Origin: the human T2T-CHM13v2.0 reference genome, Homo sapiens
NCBI RefSeq assembly: GCF_009914755.1
Contig: NC_060936.1
Direction: 5' to 3' (one strand)
DNA length: 64,000 bases
Part shown: positions 36,610-56,078 of the stretch, one piece after another
Position numbering within the stretch: the first letter of the stretch is position 1
How the letters are laid out: each line of letters starts with the position of its first letter
The notes under the pieces: generated by a model
Told to the model about the DNA's origin: nothing
Seen by the model: only the letters and a program-made list of their open reading frames with translations
The model's database searches: none
Translations under genes and position numbers: made by a program

Positions 36610-37740
36610 CTCAGCTCTTGATGTCCTCTCTTCTACCCTTACCCATTTTAAATCTGATGTTCAGTCACTGATCACTCCCTCACATTCACTCACTTCCTTC
36701 GCCACGTCTAGCTTTGTCTCGCTTGGCAAAACCAAATCCCCAGTTTACTCAGTTCTGTTTTCATACTTGTACCCATGTGGCTGAACAAAGCAGATTGGTT
36801 TCACCTAAAATTTATTACTAGGTCATCACTACTTCCTCCTGAGACCTCCACTGTATCCCCAATCCTCCATCCCAATAGATGACCTTCCTTCCCACTTTAG
36901 TAAAATACAAGCAATCAGCAGGGGACAGCCTCCCACAACCATATCTAAGCCACCTATTACCTCTTGAGACCATATACTCTCTCTCCCTGCCTATCCATGT
37001 CCTGTCCTAATTGGGTCCCTCACCTGTGCACAGTATCCAATTTCCCATTCGCCTGCCATTCTCCCTTTCTCATGTAATGTCAGATTTCTTCTTGAATCTT
37101 ATTAGCGAAAACCTGCTATAATTCTTCCCAACGTAAGCCTCTTCACTCCACTTTTCCTCCCATTAGCAGCAACACTCCTTGAAAGAGTTTTCTATACTTA
37201 CTGTCTCCAATTCCTCTCTTCCCGTTCTTTACTGAACGGATTCCAGTCAGCATTTTGCACCCACCATTTCACTGAAACTGCTCTTATATCAAGGTTACCA
37301 ATAACTTGTATGCTGCTAAATTCAATAGTCAAGTTCTCAGTCCTCATCTTAGTACCATTTGACATACTTGGTCATGCTCTCCTTAATTCACTTTCTTCCC
37401 TTGGCTTGTAGAACCCCAAACCCTTGGATTTTTTTTCTATTTATGTATTTACTTTAGGGATGGGGAGGTCTCTCCATGCAGACCAGACTGGTCTTGAACT
37501 CCTGGACTCAAGCGATCCTCCCATCTCAGCCTCCCAAAGTGCTGGGATTACAGGTGTGAGCCATAGCGCCCAGCCCCAAACCCCTGATGTTCTTCTCTTG
37601 AACCCTTTCTTGGTCTTCTTTGCTGTTTTTCACACCTTTCAGGGGTGTCTCAGGCCTAAGTATGTTGTGACTTATCTCCTTTATCTGCACTCATTCCACT
37701 AGTATTCACACATACTTTCATACTTTCATGCTGTCAACTC
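36610..37740. mobile_element. L2 fragment (pyrimidine-rich) with an inserted Alu monomer (~37450-37575)
   Basis: cactgaaactgctctt...aaggttaccaataac...gctaaattcaatagtca...ttctcagtcctcatctt L2 core. Confidence 0.65.
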
Positions 37741-37745
37741 CGAAC

Positions 37746-38043
37746 TTTATTTTATTTATTTTTTGAGACGGAGTCTCGCTCTGTTGTCAGGGTGGAGTAC
37801 AGTAGTGTGATCTTGGCTCACTGCAACCTCTGTCTCCCAGGTTCAAGCGATTCTCCTGACTCAGCCTCCTGAGTAGCTAGGACCACAGGCACATGCCACC
37901 AAGCCCAGCTAATTTTGGTATTTTTAGTAGAAACGGGGTTTCACCATGTTGGCCAGAATGGTCTCGATCTCTTGACCTCGTGATCCACCTGCCTCGGCCT
38001 CCTAAAGTGCTGGGATTACAGGTGTGAGCCACCGCTCCTGGCC
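37746..38043 (-). mobile_element. AluS (Sc-like)
   Basis: Reverse Alu dimer. Confidence 0.9.
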
Positions 38044-38046
38044 CCA

Positions 38047-38247
38047 ATTTTATTTTTACTTATTTATTTTTGAGACAGAGCCTTGCTTTGTCGCTGAGGC
38101 TAGAATCAGTGGCATGATCACAGCTCACTGCAACCTCTGCTTCCCAGGCTCAAGCAATCCTCCCCGACTCCAGCCTGAGTGACAGAGCAAGACCCTGTGT
38201 CAAAAAGAAAAGAAAAAAGAAAAAAAAAAAGGAAAAAGAGAAAAAAC
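38047..38247. mobile_element. Chimeric Alu: antisense arm (38047-38166) fused to a sense 3' end (38167-38247)
   Basis: Orientation switches at caatcctccccg|actccagcctg. Confidence 0.8.
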
Positions 38248-38325
38248 AGGACTTCAAAATATAATGGTGAAAATCTTAGTCAACCTTGGCACAGTGGATT
38301 CTTGTTTTTAAAAAATCAGTCTCAG

Positions 38326-38822
<497 letters not shown>

Positions 38823-39461
38823 CTACCACCACCATTATCACAGCACCTGGACTGTGAGGAGATTAGAGGCGGCTGATGACTGTCCCAGAAGGAGCCGAAA
38901 GTGCTGAAGGACAGACATCCTGAGGAAATGGGGCTGGCAGAGTGGACCTGGCAAATGGTTTGGATAATGAGCACCTAGGCTACCATCACTTTCTTACAGA
39001 GGAAGTGATTCATGCACTGTTTTGTCCTGCAGGTAAGTAAAAACAGAAAACCAGTTTGCTTACTCTCTTAGTAAAGGAAACGCTCTGCTTTTATAGAATA
39101 AGATTAGGGCCTCATAGCCCACTGTGGCATTTTCACAAAAATTGCTATTTTTAGATGATCACTTAAATATGTCATTATCATACACCAAACAAAAATAATT
39201 ACGGTGCAAAAAATTAACTTAAAAAATTGTTTCCACATAGAATCATGTTATGTTTAAAAGTGGGAAAAATGTATGTCATCTGAAAGATCATCTTGTGGTT
39301 TTTTTCACTATCTGCTGAATTTGTGTGTATGTCTATGTATGTGCTTGAAGACTGGAGAACAGGAAGGCACAGAATGAATACAGGGTAAATGAACCAAAGG
39401 ATCCAGGCCCACAGTTATAAAAAAAATAGGAGGAAGAACTCTCAATAAAAAAGAATTATTT

Positions 39462-39770
<309 letters not shown>

Positions 39771-39851
39771 CTAAAAAAAGTCATGATGCTTTCGTGAGTA
39801 TACCTTTTTGCAGAGTTTTGACTTTTGAACCATCTCAGTGTTTTATAAACA

Positions 39852-39877
39852 GACACACACACACACACACACACACA
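39852..39877. repeat. (CA)n microsatellite
   Basis: Direct reading. Confidence 0.95.
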
Positions 39878-40138
39878 CCCCTAATGGTGAACACTCCCCT
39901 CCCCCATGGAGTACAAATATAAACAAGTGAACATATCCATATATCAAATGGTACCAAATGAAAAACATAACCACACTGAAGAGAAAAAAGAACTAACTCA
40001 AACTTTTGCATACAGTATGTGGACTCAGAGTGCAAACAAATATTGAACTCTAGATCCCTGGCTTGTTTTTCCCAGTGGTAGAGCTTAGTAGTTCTAACAT
40101 GTGTTTATTTGTTTTGCTGAGTTCTAGAACTCAGTGAA

Positions 40139-40682
40139 TGTGATAGTTCATATTGAGTGTCAACTTGATTGGATTGAAGGATGCAAAGTATTGTTCCTGG
40201 GTGTGTCCGTGAGGGTGCTGCGAAAGGAGAGTAACATTTGAGTCGGTGGACTGGGAGAGGCAGACCCACCCTCAATCTGGGTGGGCACCGCCTAATCAGC
40301 TGCCAGCGCAGCTAGAATAAACCAGGCAGAAGATGGAAGAGCAGACTTGCTGAGTCTTCTGGCCTTTGTCTTTCTCCCGTGCTAGATGCGTCCTGCCCTT
40401 GAACAACAGACTCCAAGTTTTTCAGCTTTTGGACTCTTGGACTACACCATTGGTTTGCCAGGGGTTCTCAGGCCTTTGGCCACAGACTGAAGGCTGCGCT
40501 GTCGGCTCCCCTACTTCTGAGGTTTTGGGACTCAGACTGGCTTCCTTACCCCTCAGCTTGCAGACGGCCTATTGTGGGACCTCACCTTGTGATCGTGTGC
40601 ATCAATACTCCTTAATAAACTCCCCTTCATATATACATCTATCCTATTAGCTCTGTCCCTCTAGAGAACCCTGACTAATCCA
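40139..40682 (+). mobile_element. MLT2A-family (probably MLT2A2) HERV-L solo LTR, full length
   Basis: TGtgatagttcatattgagtgtcaacttgattggattgaagg ... AATAAA 40614 ... ctagagaaccctgactaatcCA; 5-bp TSD gtgaa/gtaaa. Confidence 0.88.
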
Positions 40683-41405
40683 GTAAATAAATATGCTGAG
40701 GATAATGGGAGCCAAGTTTCCTACTGTCAGAGAAAGCAGATATAGATGTGGAAGGGGGGACATAATAAATCCTATGTTATTGGAATGGAAAATAGGTATT
40801 AATGGTTTAGCTAAGTATAAATATAGATATAGTACATATAATACCTATGTGGGGGGTTATATAAATGTACATATACACATATTTTCTAGCTGTCTGCTGT
40901 GAGGGTCTAGAAGTAATACCCCAATTTTGTTTTTGTATTTTGTTTTCTAAACACCATTTTCCACTAAAAAGAACCAGCATTCCTTGAAGAAATGGTTGAT
41001 TCAAGGGCTTGGGCAGGAAAAATTCACAATAAGCCTGGAATATTATATTGTACCAGAAAGTAAGAAAGGGCCCAAAGAATGATGGGGACATGTCAGAAGA
41101 ACTAGGAGGCAGCTTGAAGGGTCTCCCACTGGCAAAATCTGGGACAGTTAAACATAAAAATTAACAAAAAAAATTTAAAATGATGGCAATGGATTATAAA
41201 ATCCATTGAATAAAGGAGGAACACAGGAATCCAAACATATGAAAGAATGAATAAATAAATGATAAGAAAAAGTGCTTATAGTAGGATGTCAACAAGTAAG
41301 TGTAGAAGAAATGATAAAATGAAAACATTAGCAATTGACAAAACAAAGGAATCATTCAGAATCCTCAGTGGACATTGATGGGTAAAAAATTCTTGACCAG
41401 GATAA

Positions 41406-41736
<331 letters not shown>

Positions 41737-42037
41737 CATAAAATTCTTATTAATTACAAAAATAAAAATAGTAACTTTGCAGTAGAAAAACTTGGTGGAC
41801 AGCATCTTAACCAAGTTAACATTACCAGTGAGGACAAACTGGTCTCATGTATCTCTTGATATGAAGCACTGAGAGGACACATCACATCTGTTGTTTTCCT
41901 GCTAAAAGTGAAATCTATCTGAGTATTTGGGGTTACATGACAAACTAAATACATTTTTAAAAGTGTAATCTAATCATGAGGAAATAACAGACAAACCCAA
42001 ACTCAGGAACATTCTATAGAATACCTGGCCTATATTT

Positions 42038-42658
<621 letters not shown>

Positions 42659-43129
42659 GTTAAGCTCATGAAAGACAAAGACAGACTAAAGAACTGTTCC
42701 AGGTTAAAGGATAGAAACACATGATAAGTAAATGCAATGTGCGCTGGACTTAGGCCACAATTTATTCTTTCTTTTTTTTGGCTATAAAGGATATTATTGA
42801 GATAACCGTTAAATGAATAACATCTGTAGATTAGATCATCATACTGTAGCTGCTAATTTTTCTGTTTTGACCATTGCACTGTGGTTATGTAAGAAAATAT
42901 CCATGTCCTTGAAAATATACACTGAAGTATTTGAGGAAAAAGACACATCGTGTCTGTAACTTATACTCAAATGGTTCAGAGATGAGAGAGAGGGAGAAAG
43001 AATGATAGAGCAGAAGCAATGTGATAAAAATGTTAAAAGAATCTAGGTGAAGGGTAAACTAGAGTTCTTTTAAAATACTTATGACTTTTCTGTAAGTCTG
43101 AATATATTTCAAATAAATTGAAGTTTTGG

Positions 43130-43916
<787 letters not shown>

Positions 43917-44245
43917 CTAGTCAAGAATTTTTTACCCATCAATGTCCATTGATGATTCTGAATGATTCCTTTGTTTTGTCAATTGCTGATGTTTTCATTT
44001 CATCATTTCTTCTACACTTATTTGTTGGCATCCTACTATAAGCATTTTTTCTTATCATTTATTTATTTATTCATTCATTCATTCATTCATTCATTCATAT
44101 GTTTGGATTCCTGTGTTCCTATTTTATTCAATGGATTGTATAATCCGTTGCCATTATTTTAAATTTTATGTTAATTTTTATGTTTAACTGTCCCAGATTT
44201 TGCCAGTGGGAGACCCTTCGAGCTGCCTCCTGGTTCTTCTGACAT

Positions 44246-44705
<460 letters not shown>

Positions 44706-44817
44706 CATGTATGAGATTAGAGCCCCAAGTCCAGAGAGGAGCAGTTTCTCAAACTCTTGCTTCAAACAGCCAAAGTAAAGATTAATGTCTATTAAATTAA
44801 AAAAAAAAAAAAAAAAA

Positions 44818-45116
<299 letters not shown>

Positions 45117-45679
45117 CTAGCTGTTTTTTTTCTTAATTTTTCTTCTCTGTCTTTTCCATTTTTTCCATCTAAAAATTTAAAGTTTAAGAAGAAATACATT
45201 GTTATTAAGGAACCACCAATATCCACTTTATCCATCTAACAAAATGATAGCACCAGCCCACTAGTAGCAGTTGGCCACCTAGGATAGTTTGCCAGTAGTG
45301 GTAACCAAGGGCCAGGTCCACCCTTCCTCTCAGCTTTGGTGTATTATCTGGCAGTGGAGCTGGGCTCCACACAGAAGAGAGATCCCCAGCTCCCACACTT
45401 CGCATTACTATTTGTTACCTGAGCCCCAGTTATACTGTGTGTGTTGCTTAGGTCTTTGGGCTCAACAGATTCCTTGGACAACATAACAACCAAACACAAC
45501 ACATAATTCCTTCAGCTTCTGCCAACAACTCACTGTTTATGGGGCTGTGATGTGGGCCATGGGGCCAGCCTGAGATCAGGAACAGATGGGACATGTAGGC
45601 TCCCAGGTAAAGTAATATCTAGGCACCCTTTAAAATCAATATTCTTGAAATAGTTGCTCAACATGAATTTATTTTATTG

Positions 45680-45915
<236 letters not shown>

Positions 45916-46297
45916 TCAGTTTTGGGGAGAGAGTTGTGTATATTTACTACTCATCAAGTAAAAGGACGTGGAATCAGCTGGAACAGGTTTCACTGGAAAG
46001 CTGTTTAGGGATCATTTATTGTTGCTCAAGAGTGCCCTCTAAGGGTTTCAAACTATGATAAGTGACTAACCACATTCTGTGCTCTGCAGGAGTTCCGGCA
46101 AACACAACTTTCTCCATATCACTATGGTTTCAGAGATGCCTAAGTGCTCATTGATACTTTAGCATCCCTTACAGGATGGCAACACCGGCAGCTCCCCGGC
46201 CAGCCCCCCTTATCCTGCTCTGCTGGGAAGAACAGTCTACAATGCGGCCGCCCCATGGTCAAGTTGCCCTTGCTCCTTGATTCTGTTATTCTCCTTT

Positions 46298-46332
<35 letters not shown>

Positions 46333-46461
46333 AAGCAAATTTCTCCAACCTTATCCACAATAGAACTCACGACCGAATCCAAGGGATAGACTACTGTCAC
46401 AGCTCAATCTTGACCTGGGATCCCCCATATATAGGTGTTATATAGGTGTCTCTCTCTCTCT

Positions 46462-46762
<301 letters not shown>

Positions 46763-46790
46763 TAGGTGTCTCTTTATAAAATAGAGATCT

Positions 46791-47400
46791 GGCCGGGCGC
46801 GGTGGCTCACGCCTGTAATCTCAGCACTTTGGGAGGCCTAAGGCAGGTCAGGAGGTCAGGAGTTCAAGACCAGCCTGGCCAAGATGGTGAAACCCCGTCT
46901 CTACTAAAAATACAAAAAATTAGCCGGGCATGGTGGCGGGCGCCTGTAATCCCAGCTACTCGGGAGGCTGAGGCAGAGAACTGCTTAAACCTGAAGGGGC
47001 GGAGGTGGCAGTGAGCCGAGATCGCGCCATTGTACTCCCGACTGGACGACAAAGCAAGACTCCGTCTCAAAAAAATAAAATAAAATAGAGATCCGGGCCG
47101 GGCGCCATAGCTCACGCCTGTAATCCCAGCAGTTTGGGACGCCAAGGCGGGTGCATCACCTGAGGTCAGGAGTTCAAGACCAGCCTGGCCAACAAGGTGA
47201 AACCCTGTCTCTACTAAAAATATAAAAATTAGCCAGGCATGGTGGTGGGCACCTGTAATCCCAGCTACTCCAGAGGCTGAGGCACAAGAATCACTTGAAC
47301 CCGGGAGGCAGAGGCTGCAGTGAACGGAGATTGTGCCACTGCCCTGCCTGGGCAACAAAGAGAGACTCCGTCTCAAAAAATAATAATAATAAAATAAAAT
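46791..47400 (+). mobile_element. Two tandem sense AluS elements (46791-47085, 47096-47400)
   Basis: Shared target repeat taaaatagagatc present three times. Confidence 0.9.
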
Positions 47401-47899
47401 AGAGATCCACTGTTTGTAGTCTGAGGTCCTATTAGTTTTATTTAAATTGTACCCTAAGCACTTCCCCTCCTTCCAAAACAGTTTTCACAGTAACAGCCAA
47501 AACCTGAGGGTTTAGTATCTGCTAGCCACTATTCTAGGAACTTTATAGAAATAATTTCATTCATATTCCATCACAGTTTTTCAGTGTAAGCATTGTAAAT
47601 AATGCATCAAGAAACATCTTTGACTTGTTACTGAGAGTTCCATCTGTGATAAAGGGCAGATGTCATAGAAAACCCCTTTGGCAGGTGATTCAACTCGAAG
47701 GAGAGGGTGGGAGGAAGCAACATCTGAGAATCATGTGAGCTGTGTTTCGGAAATACACACATCTGTCCCACATCCTGCTGCCCTGTGGATTTGATATGCC
47801 TGAGGCTGCATGCTGGCAGGTGGGCTTGGGTGTATAATTTTCTCCCAAGTGATTCTCACTCATTCCATTTTTTTGCCTGTCCCTCATCCCCATTTTTAA

Positions 47900-48221
<322 letters not shown>

Positions 48222-48590
48222 CCTGGTCCCCATTTTTATGAACCATTGTGATAAAGTTGAGGAAAGGCCATTAGTCTTAAGGGTTGCACTCAGGCGCAGT
48301 ACCACAGCCCTGTGCAGCCAAGACTTCAGTGCTCTGCCTGCTCCCTGTGACAGCACACCCTCCTGCTGTCCACCCAGCTCCACAGGCTTCACTGAGAGGC
48401 TCTCAGGTAAGCCTCAGCCTGTTGTGGGCTGTCTAGACTGAAAGCAAAGATAGCTATCTGGCTGGAAAAGAGAAAGGAATTAAGAGATCCATAAAAAGGC
48501 TTTCTAAAACAGCCAAATGTTTATAAAGGAGAAAGGAAATTGGGAGCTGGCCAGGTCGTATTCCCGTTCTTTGCCTTCTCACACGACAGA

Positions 48591-48830
48591 GCAGTGTGGT
48601 TCCCAACCTGGTTTCCTACCTCCCCTTTCTTCCCCACCTGGGGACATGTGGCAAAGTCTGGAGACATTTTTGTTTGTCACAAACGGAGTGGTGATGGGGA
48701 GGTAGTGTTACTAGCATCTTGTGGGTAGAGGCCAGGGAAGCTGCTAAACATCCCAGGAGGCACAGTACAGCCCCCCAAACAATGATCTGGCCCAAAATGT
48801 CAATGGTGCCGAGGTTGGGAAGCCCCGCTC
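48591..48830. mobile_element. MER20 hAT-Charlie DNA transposon
   Basis: ggggacatgtggcaaagtctggagacattttt...gtgggtagaggccaggga.gctgctaaacatcc...ggcccaaaatgtcaatggtgccgaggttg. Confidence 0.85.
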
Positions 48831-49271
48831 CAGAGCCTCCACTTCTCTGGCTACCCATTCCCCCACTCCCGCCACTCCTCAGACAGGGATGGAGGACAGC
48901 CAAGATTGTCAGCTGTGACTTTCTCTGCAACCCTGTCTTCTTTTCTCCTGTCCCCCTGTCCAGTGCTCTGCTTCCCTCAGGTCCAAGTGGAACGATGATG
49001 GCATCTGACCAGAAAGTTTCCTGGGCCCTGAGTAACTGCCTTAGATTCTTAGTATGTAGTGGGTGAATCTTTAGTAATAAGGTCCCTGGAGCAAAGTGAT
49101 GCCTTATCTCTAGTATGAAATCTGGGAACTCACGGAGAGATAAAAATAGCCTCAATACCAGTGGACTGGGAACATGGTGCGTGATCTGCTGTTTGAAAAT
49201 CCCTGTCCTTAAGTGGCCTTGCACCATGATTGCTAAACTTTTCCAGAGCCATCTCTATTTCTCTAGTGTAA

Positions 49272-50335
<1,064 letters not shown>

Positions 50336-50401
50336 TCTAACAACTCCTTAAGGTATTTCCTCAGCTTTGCCATTCCCTTGGGCCATGATTAAGAGCCTCC
50401 A

Positions 50402-50705
50402 GGCCAGGCGCGGTGGCTCACGCCTGTAATCCCAGCACTTTGGGAGGCTGAGGCAGGCGGATCATGAAGTCAGGAGTTTGAGACCAGCCTGACCAACATG
50501 GTGAAACCCCGTCTCTACTAAAAATACAAAACTTAGCCGGGCGTGGTGGCACATGCCTGTAATCCCAGGTACTCAGGAGGCTGAGGCAGGAGAATCACTT
50601 GAACCTGGGAGGCGGAGGTTGCAGTGAGCCAAGATGGCACCATGCACTCTAGCCTGGGTGACAGAGCGAGATTCCGTCTCAAGAAAAAAAAAAAAAAAAA
50701 AAAAA
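50402..50705 (+). mobile_element. AluS (Sg-like)
   Basis: Dimer; TSD aagagcctcca. Confidence 0.9.
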
Positions 50706-51356
50706 GAGCCTCCAGTAACCACTCCCCATCCCCACAACATGTTATTATGATTAGTGTTCTTATTGAACTTGTAAATACAACAGGGAAATATAACTGATGT
50801 TAGTTACTATTTGATAACTAAAGAAACTAAGAAAATGTGTGCCTTAAAGAAAGTAGTCCCCTGTGGGGTGTTTTGGTTTTGTTTTGTGTAAATGATTGAG
50901 TGATTAACATTCAAATCTGAATATATTTTATCACTATTTCATTACATCTCATATTCCTTGTGAGCTGTTGGGTAAGGCTGACCCTGTAGAAGGGACTTTA
51001 AAAGATTTAACAGTGAAAAAAGGACACAAGTGTTCTGACTTCAAAACCTCTCTTCAATACTCCTATACTGGAGTTTAAACACACCTCATCTGTGCAGTGG
51101 CGAGCTGGGAAGGAAAGAGGGAAGTAGCTGATGCATGCTCCATTCAAAGACCCAAACAAGGTGCTAAGTGCTTCTATCTACCATGTTTTGGGAACTATGC
51201 TAAGCATCTGTTTACTCCTTGCAATCCAGTAAGGTAGGATGAGGAAATTTAGGCTCAGAAACTTAGAATTCCTCAGGGACATATTAAGTAAGGGGTGGCA
51301 GAGGCAGATTTTAAGCCCAGACGTACCTTAGCTTCAAGGCCCACACTGGATAGTAA

Positions 51357-51711
<355 letters not shown>

Positions 51712-51787
51712 ATACCTAAGTTAATGGTAGTTACCTCTAGGGAAAAGGGTTTGATGAGGTGTCAGAAGAGTTTAGGTGACTTTTATA

Positions 51788-51788
<1 letters not shown>

Positions 51789-51834
<46 letters not shown>
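51789..51834. repeat. (TA)n microsatellite at an Alu tail
   Basis: Direct reading. Confidence 0.95.
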
Positions 51835-52500
<666 letters not shown>

Positions 52501-53020
52501 TAAATTCATTTCCACCGTTTCTTTGAAGTGAAAAAAGTCTACAAACAGGCTGCAGAGAAGCTTCCAGCTTGACGACACATTCTCGTTTGGGTGTGTTCTA
52601 AAGGTCATCTAAAGGTAACTGCTTGTCAACATGCTAATGTTTTATAATAAGACTTGGAAAGTGAGATGTGAAATCTACAACACACAGTTGGCAAGGTGGG
52701 TGGGAGGGAGGGCAGGAAAGTGGCTTTTGGAGAACCTGAATAGTTTAGCAGGCCAGAGGTGTATGCCTCAGGCAGCTCTGAATTGCTAATCCTGGGAGCT
52801 GATAATCTCAGTAAGGGGAGGCCTGGGGAAGTCGGAATCTGTGGGTGAAACTCAAAGATGCTTCTAGGGTCTTTGGGTCGATGTCAGAGCTTGGGATGAC
52901 CTACCAAAGAGTGCAGCTGGGTTTCAGACATGACAGAAAATAATTTTGAAAGCCTAATTAGTAACTTACCAAATTTAAACAAATTCTGCTCAAAGTCACA
53001 TTTTAAAATGTATGAGTTGG

Positions 53021-53708
<688 letters not shown>

Positions 53709-53989
53709 TAAATCAGGGAGGTTTTGTCAAATTGAGCATGAATAGAACTGAGTTCTGGTTCTCTCTCTGCTGTAACTGGAGCTGAGATGTTGAGCCCAAC
53801 ATTTAACCTCTCTGAGCCCTGGTTTCCTCATTTGTAAAATACTACAGTTGGACTAAAATTTAAGATGATTAAAATTACTAATGTTCCTTTAGGCTCTAAT
53901 ACCATGCAATTCCTAGTGTTCTTATTTTCTTATTCATGGTTCCCCTGACTCTTTTTGCCTTTGGAAAGCCTATATTTGGTATATGTGAG

Positions 53990-54012
53990 TATGTGTATAT
54001 ATGTGTGTGTGC

Positions 54013-54058
<46 letters not shown>
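53990..54058. repeat. Compound (TG)n(TA)n microsatellite
   Basis: Direct reading. Confidence 0.9.
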
Positions 54059-54059
<1 letters not shown>

Positions 54060-54273
54060 AGTATAATTGATTGTATGTATAATATACATAGTCACTTAGA
54101 TTTTTCTAAATTTTTCTATATTTCCTTCAAGTGCTTAAGATTGATGCTGCAGACCAAGTCTTCTCTTAATTCCTGTCCATCAGGAGGTCCTGATGTCTCA
54201 ACCAAAGCTCCTGGGCATTAGTGGATCCCATGTGCATAAGTAAGGTAGCTAGAGGGTTCAGCACAAGTACTAA

Positions 54274-55193
54274 TGTTACCGATGAAGGGTGTCCAGGTTT
54301 TTGGCGTCTTGAACAAAGAATTAGACAAAACACACGAAGGAAAGAATGAAGCAACAAAAGCAGAGATTTATCGAAAATGAAAGTATACTCCACAGAGTGG
54401 GAGCCTCCAGAGTATAGGGGCTCAAGAGCACCCTTACAGAATTTTCTGGCTTTTAAATACCTTCTAGAGGTTTCCCATTGGTTACTTTGTATACACCCTA
54501 TGTAAATGAAGTGGTGGGCTGGGCGCGGTGGCTCACACCTATAATCCTAGCACTTTGGGAGGCTGAGGCAGGCAGGGACCAGCCTGGGAAACACAGTGAA
54601 ACCCCGTCTCTACTAAAATAAAAAAAAAATTAGCCGGGCGTGGCAGCGTGTGCCTGTGGTCTCAGCTACTCCGCGGCGGGGCGAGGGGGGACCAGGGGGC
54701 GTGGGGGCGGGAGGGGGGACCTGAGGCAGAAGAACTGCTTGAACGCGGGAGGCAGAGGTTGCCGTGAGCCAAAATCACGCCACTGCACTCCAGCCTGGGC
54801 GACAGAGCGAGACTCCGTCTCCAAAAAATAAAATAAAAATAAAGTAAATGAGGTAGTGGCCTGCAATAAGTCTGATTGGTTGTTTTCCAAAACCAATCAG
54901 AGGCTGAAGTGAAGTTACAAAGTTACACTCCTATGCAAACTTCTGATTGGTTGCAGAAAGCAACCAATTTAAAACCATACTTTCAATTTTCCATCTGCCA
55001 CTCAGAAAAAAGGGGGAGGGCAGTTGTAAAGGGAGAGCAGAAAAAAGGGGGAGAGAAGTTGCAAAGGGAGTAGCCTCTGGTCCTTTTGTTACTTAGGTGT
55101 GGAAAGTTGGCGTTTTCCTTTTGATTTAGTTCTAGGAAGTCGGCTTGAATTGGCCTTAGGTCCCCTGCCTCCAGACCCTATTGTCCTGTCTCA
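54274..55193 (-). mobile_element. MER51-family ERV1 solo LTR interrupted by an Alu (54517-54843)
   Basis: TG...CA termini, exact 4-bp TSD CTAA, cccctgcctccagaccctattgtcctgtctca end, several CCAAT boxes. Confidence 0.85.
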
Positions 55194-55619
55194 CTAATAA
55201 ACATAGTAAAATCTCCTCTTCTAAGATTCAAAGTTTTTATTCAGGCAAATAGTCTGGCTGATTTCAGATAAGGTCTTCTAAGCATTGCGCTTAGGCACTG
55301 AGAAGGCATTTGTAGGGTTTGTGTCTGCCCTGGTCCAGTGTTCACTCTTGGAGACTGATTTCTAACCCCCAACGCACATGCCCTGTATTATGTACCAGAT
55401 TTGGTCCTATAACTTCACTTCCATACAGCTAGGAATAATATTATCAAAATTAAAGGACAAAAGGGATATTGACAGAAAATATTTGCAACATATATAACAA
55501 AGCATATTTACCACAATAAATACAAGAAACTCATACAAATGAGTGTTTTGAAATATCATTGTAACGGAAAAAAGTAGGCGAAGAATATAAATAGGCAATT
55601 CATAGAAAAATAAATACTG

Positions 55620-55920
55620 GGCCAGGTGTGGTGGCTAATGCCTATAATCCCAGCACTTTAGGAGGCCAAGGTGGGTGGATCACATGAGGCCAGGAGTTCA
55701 AGACCAGCCTGGGCAACATGGTGAAGCCATATCTCTACCAAAAAAAAATTAGCTGAGCGTGGTGGCACACACCTGTAGTCCCAGCTACTCAGTTGGCTGA
55801 GGTGGGAGGATCACTTGAGCCCAGGAGGGTGAGGCTGCAGTGAGCACAGTGAGCCGAGATTGTGTCCATGCCCTCCAGCCTGGACACACTAAGACCCTAT
55901 CAAAAAAAAAAAAAGAAAAA
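55620..55920 (+). mobile_element. AluJ-like
   Basis: Dimer. Confidence 0.85.
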
Positions 55921-56029
55921 TACTAAAAAAATACTAAATATACTAAAGAATTCTCCAATCATGAAATACAAATATACTAAAAAATATACTAAATATACTA
56001 AAGAATTCTCCAATCATGAAATACAAATA
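55920..56029. repeat. Tandem duplication, 55-bp period, two copies
   Basis: Identical 44-mer at 55931-55974 and 55986-56029. Confidence 0.92.
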
Positions 56030-56078
56030 AGAACAATGATTCCTGTTTTTGGGAAAATAATTGTTTTTCAAAACATTT

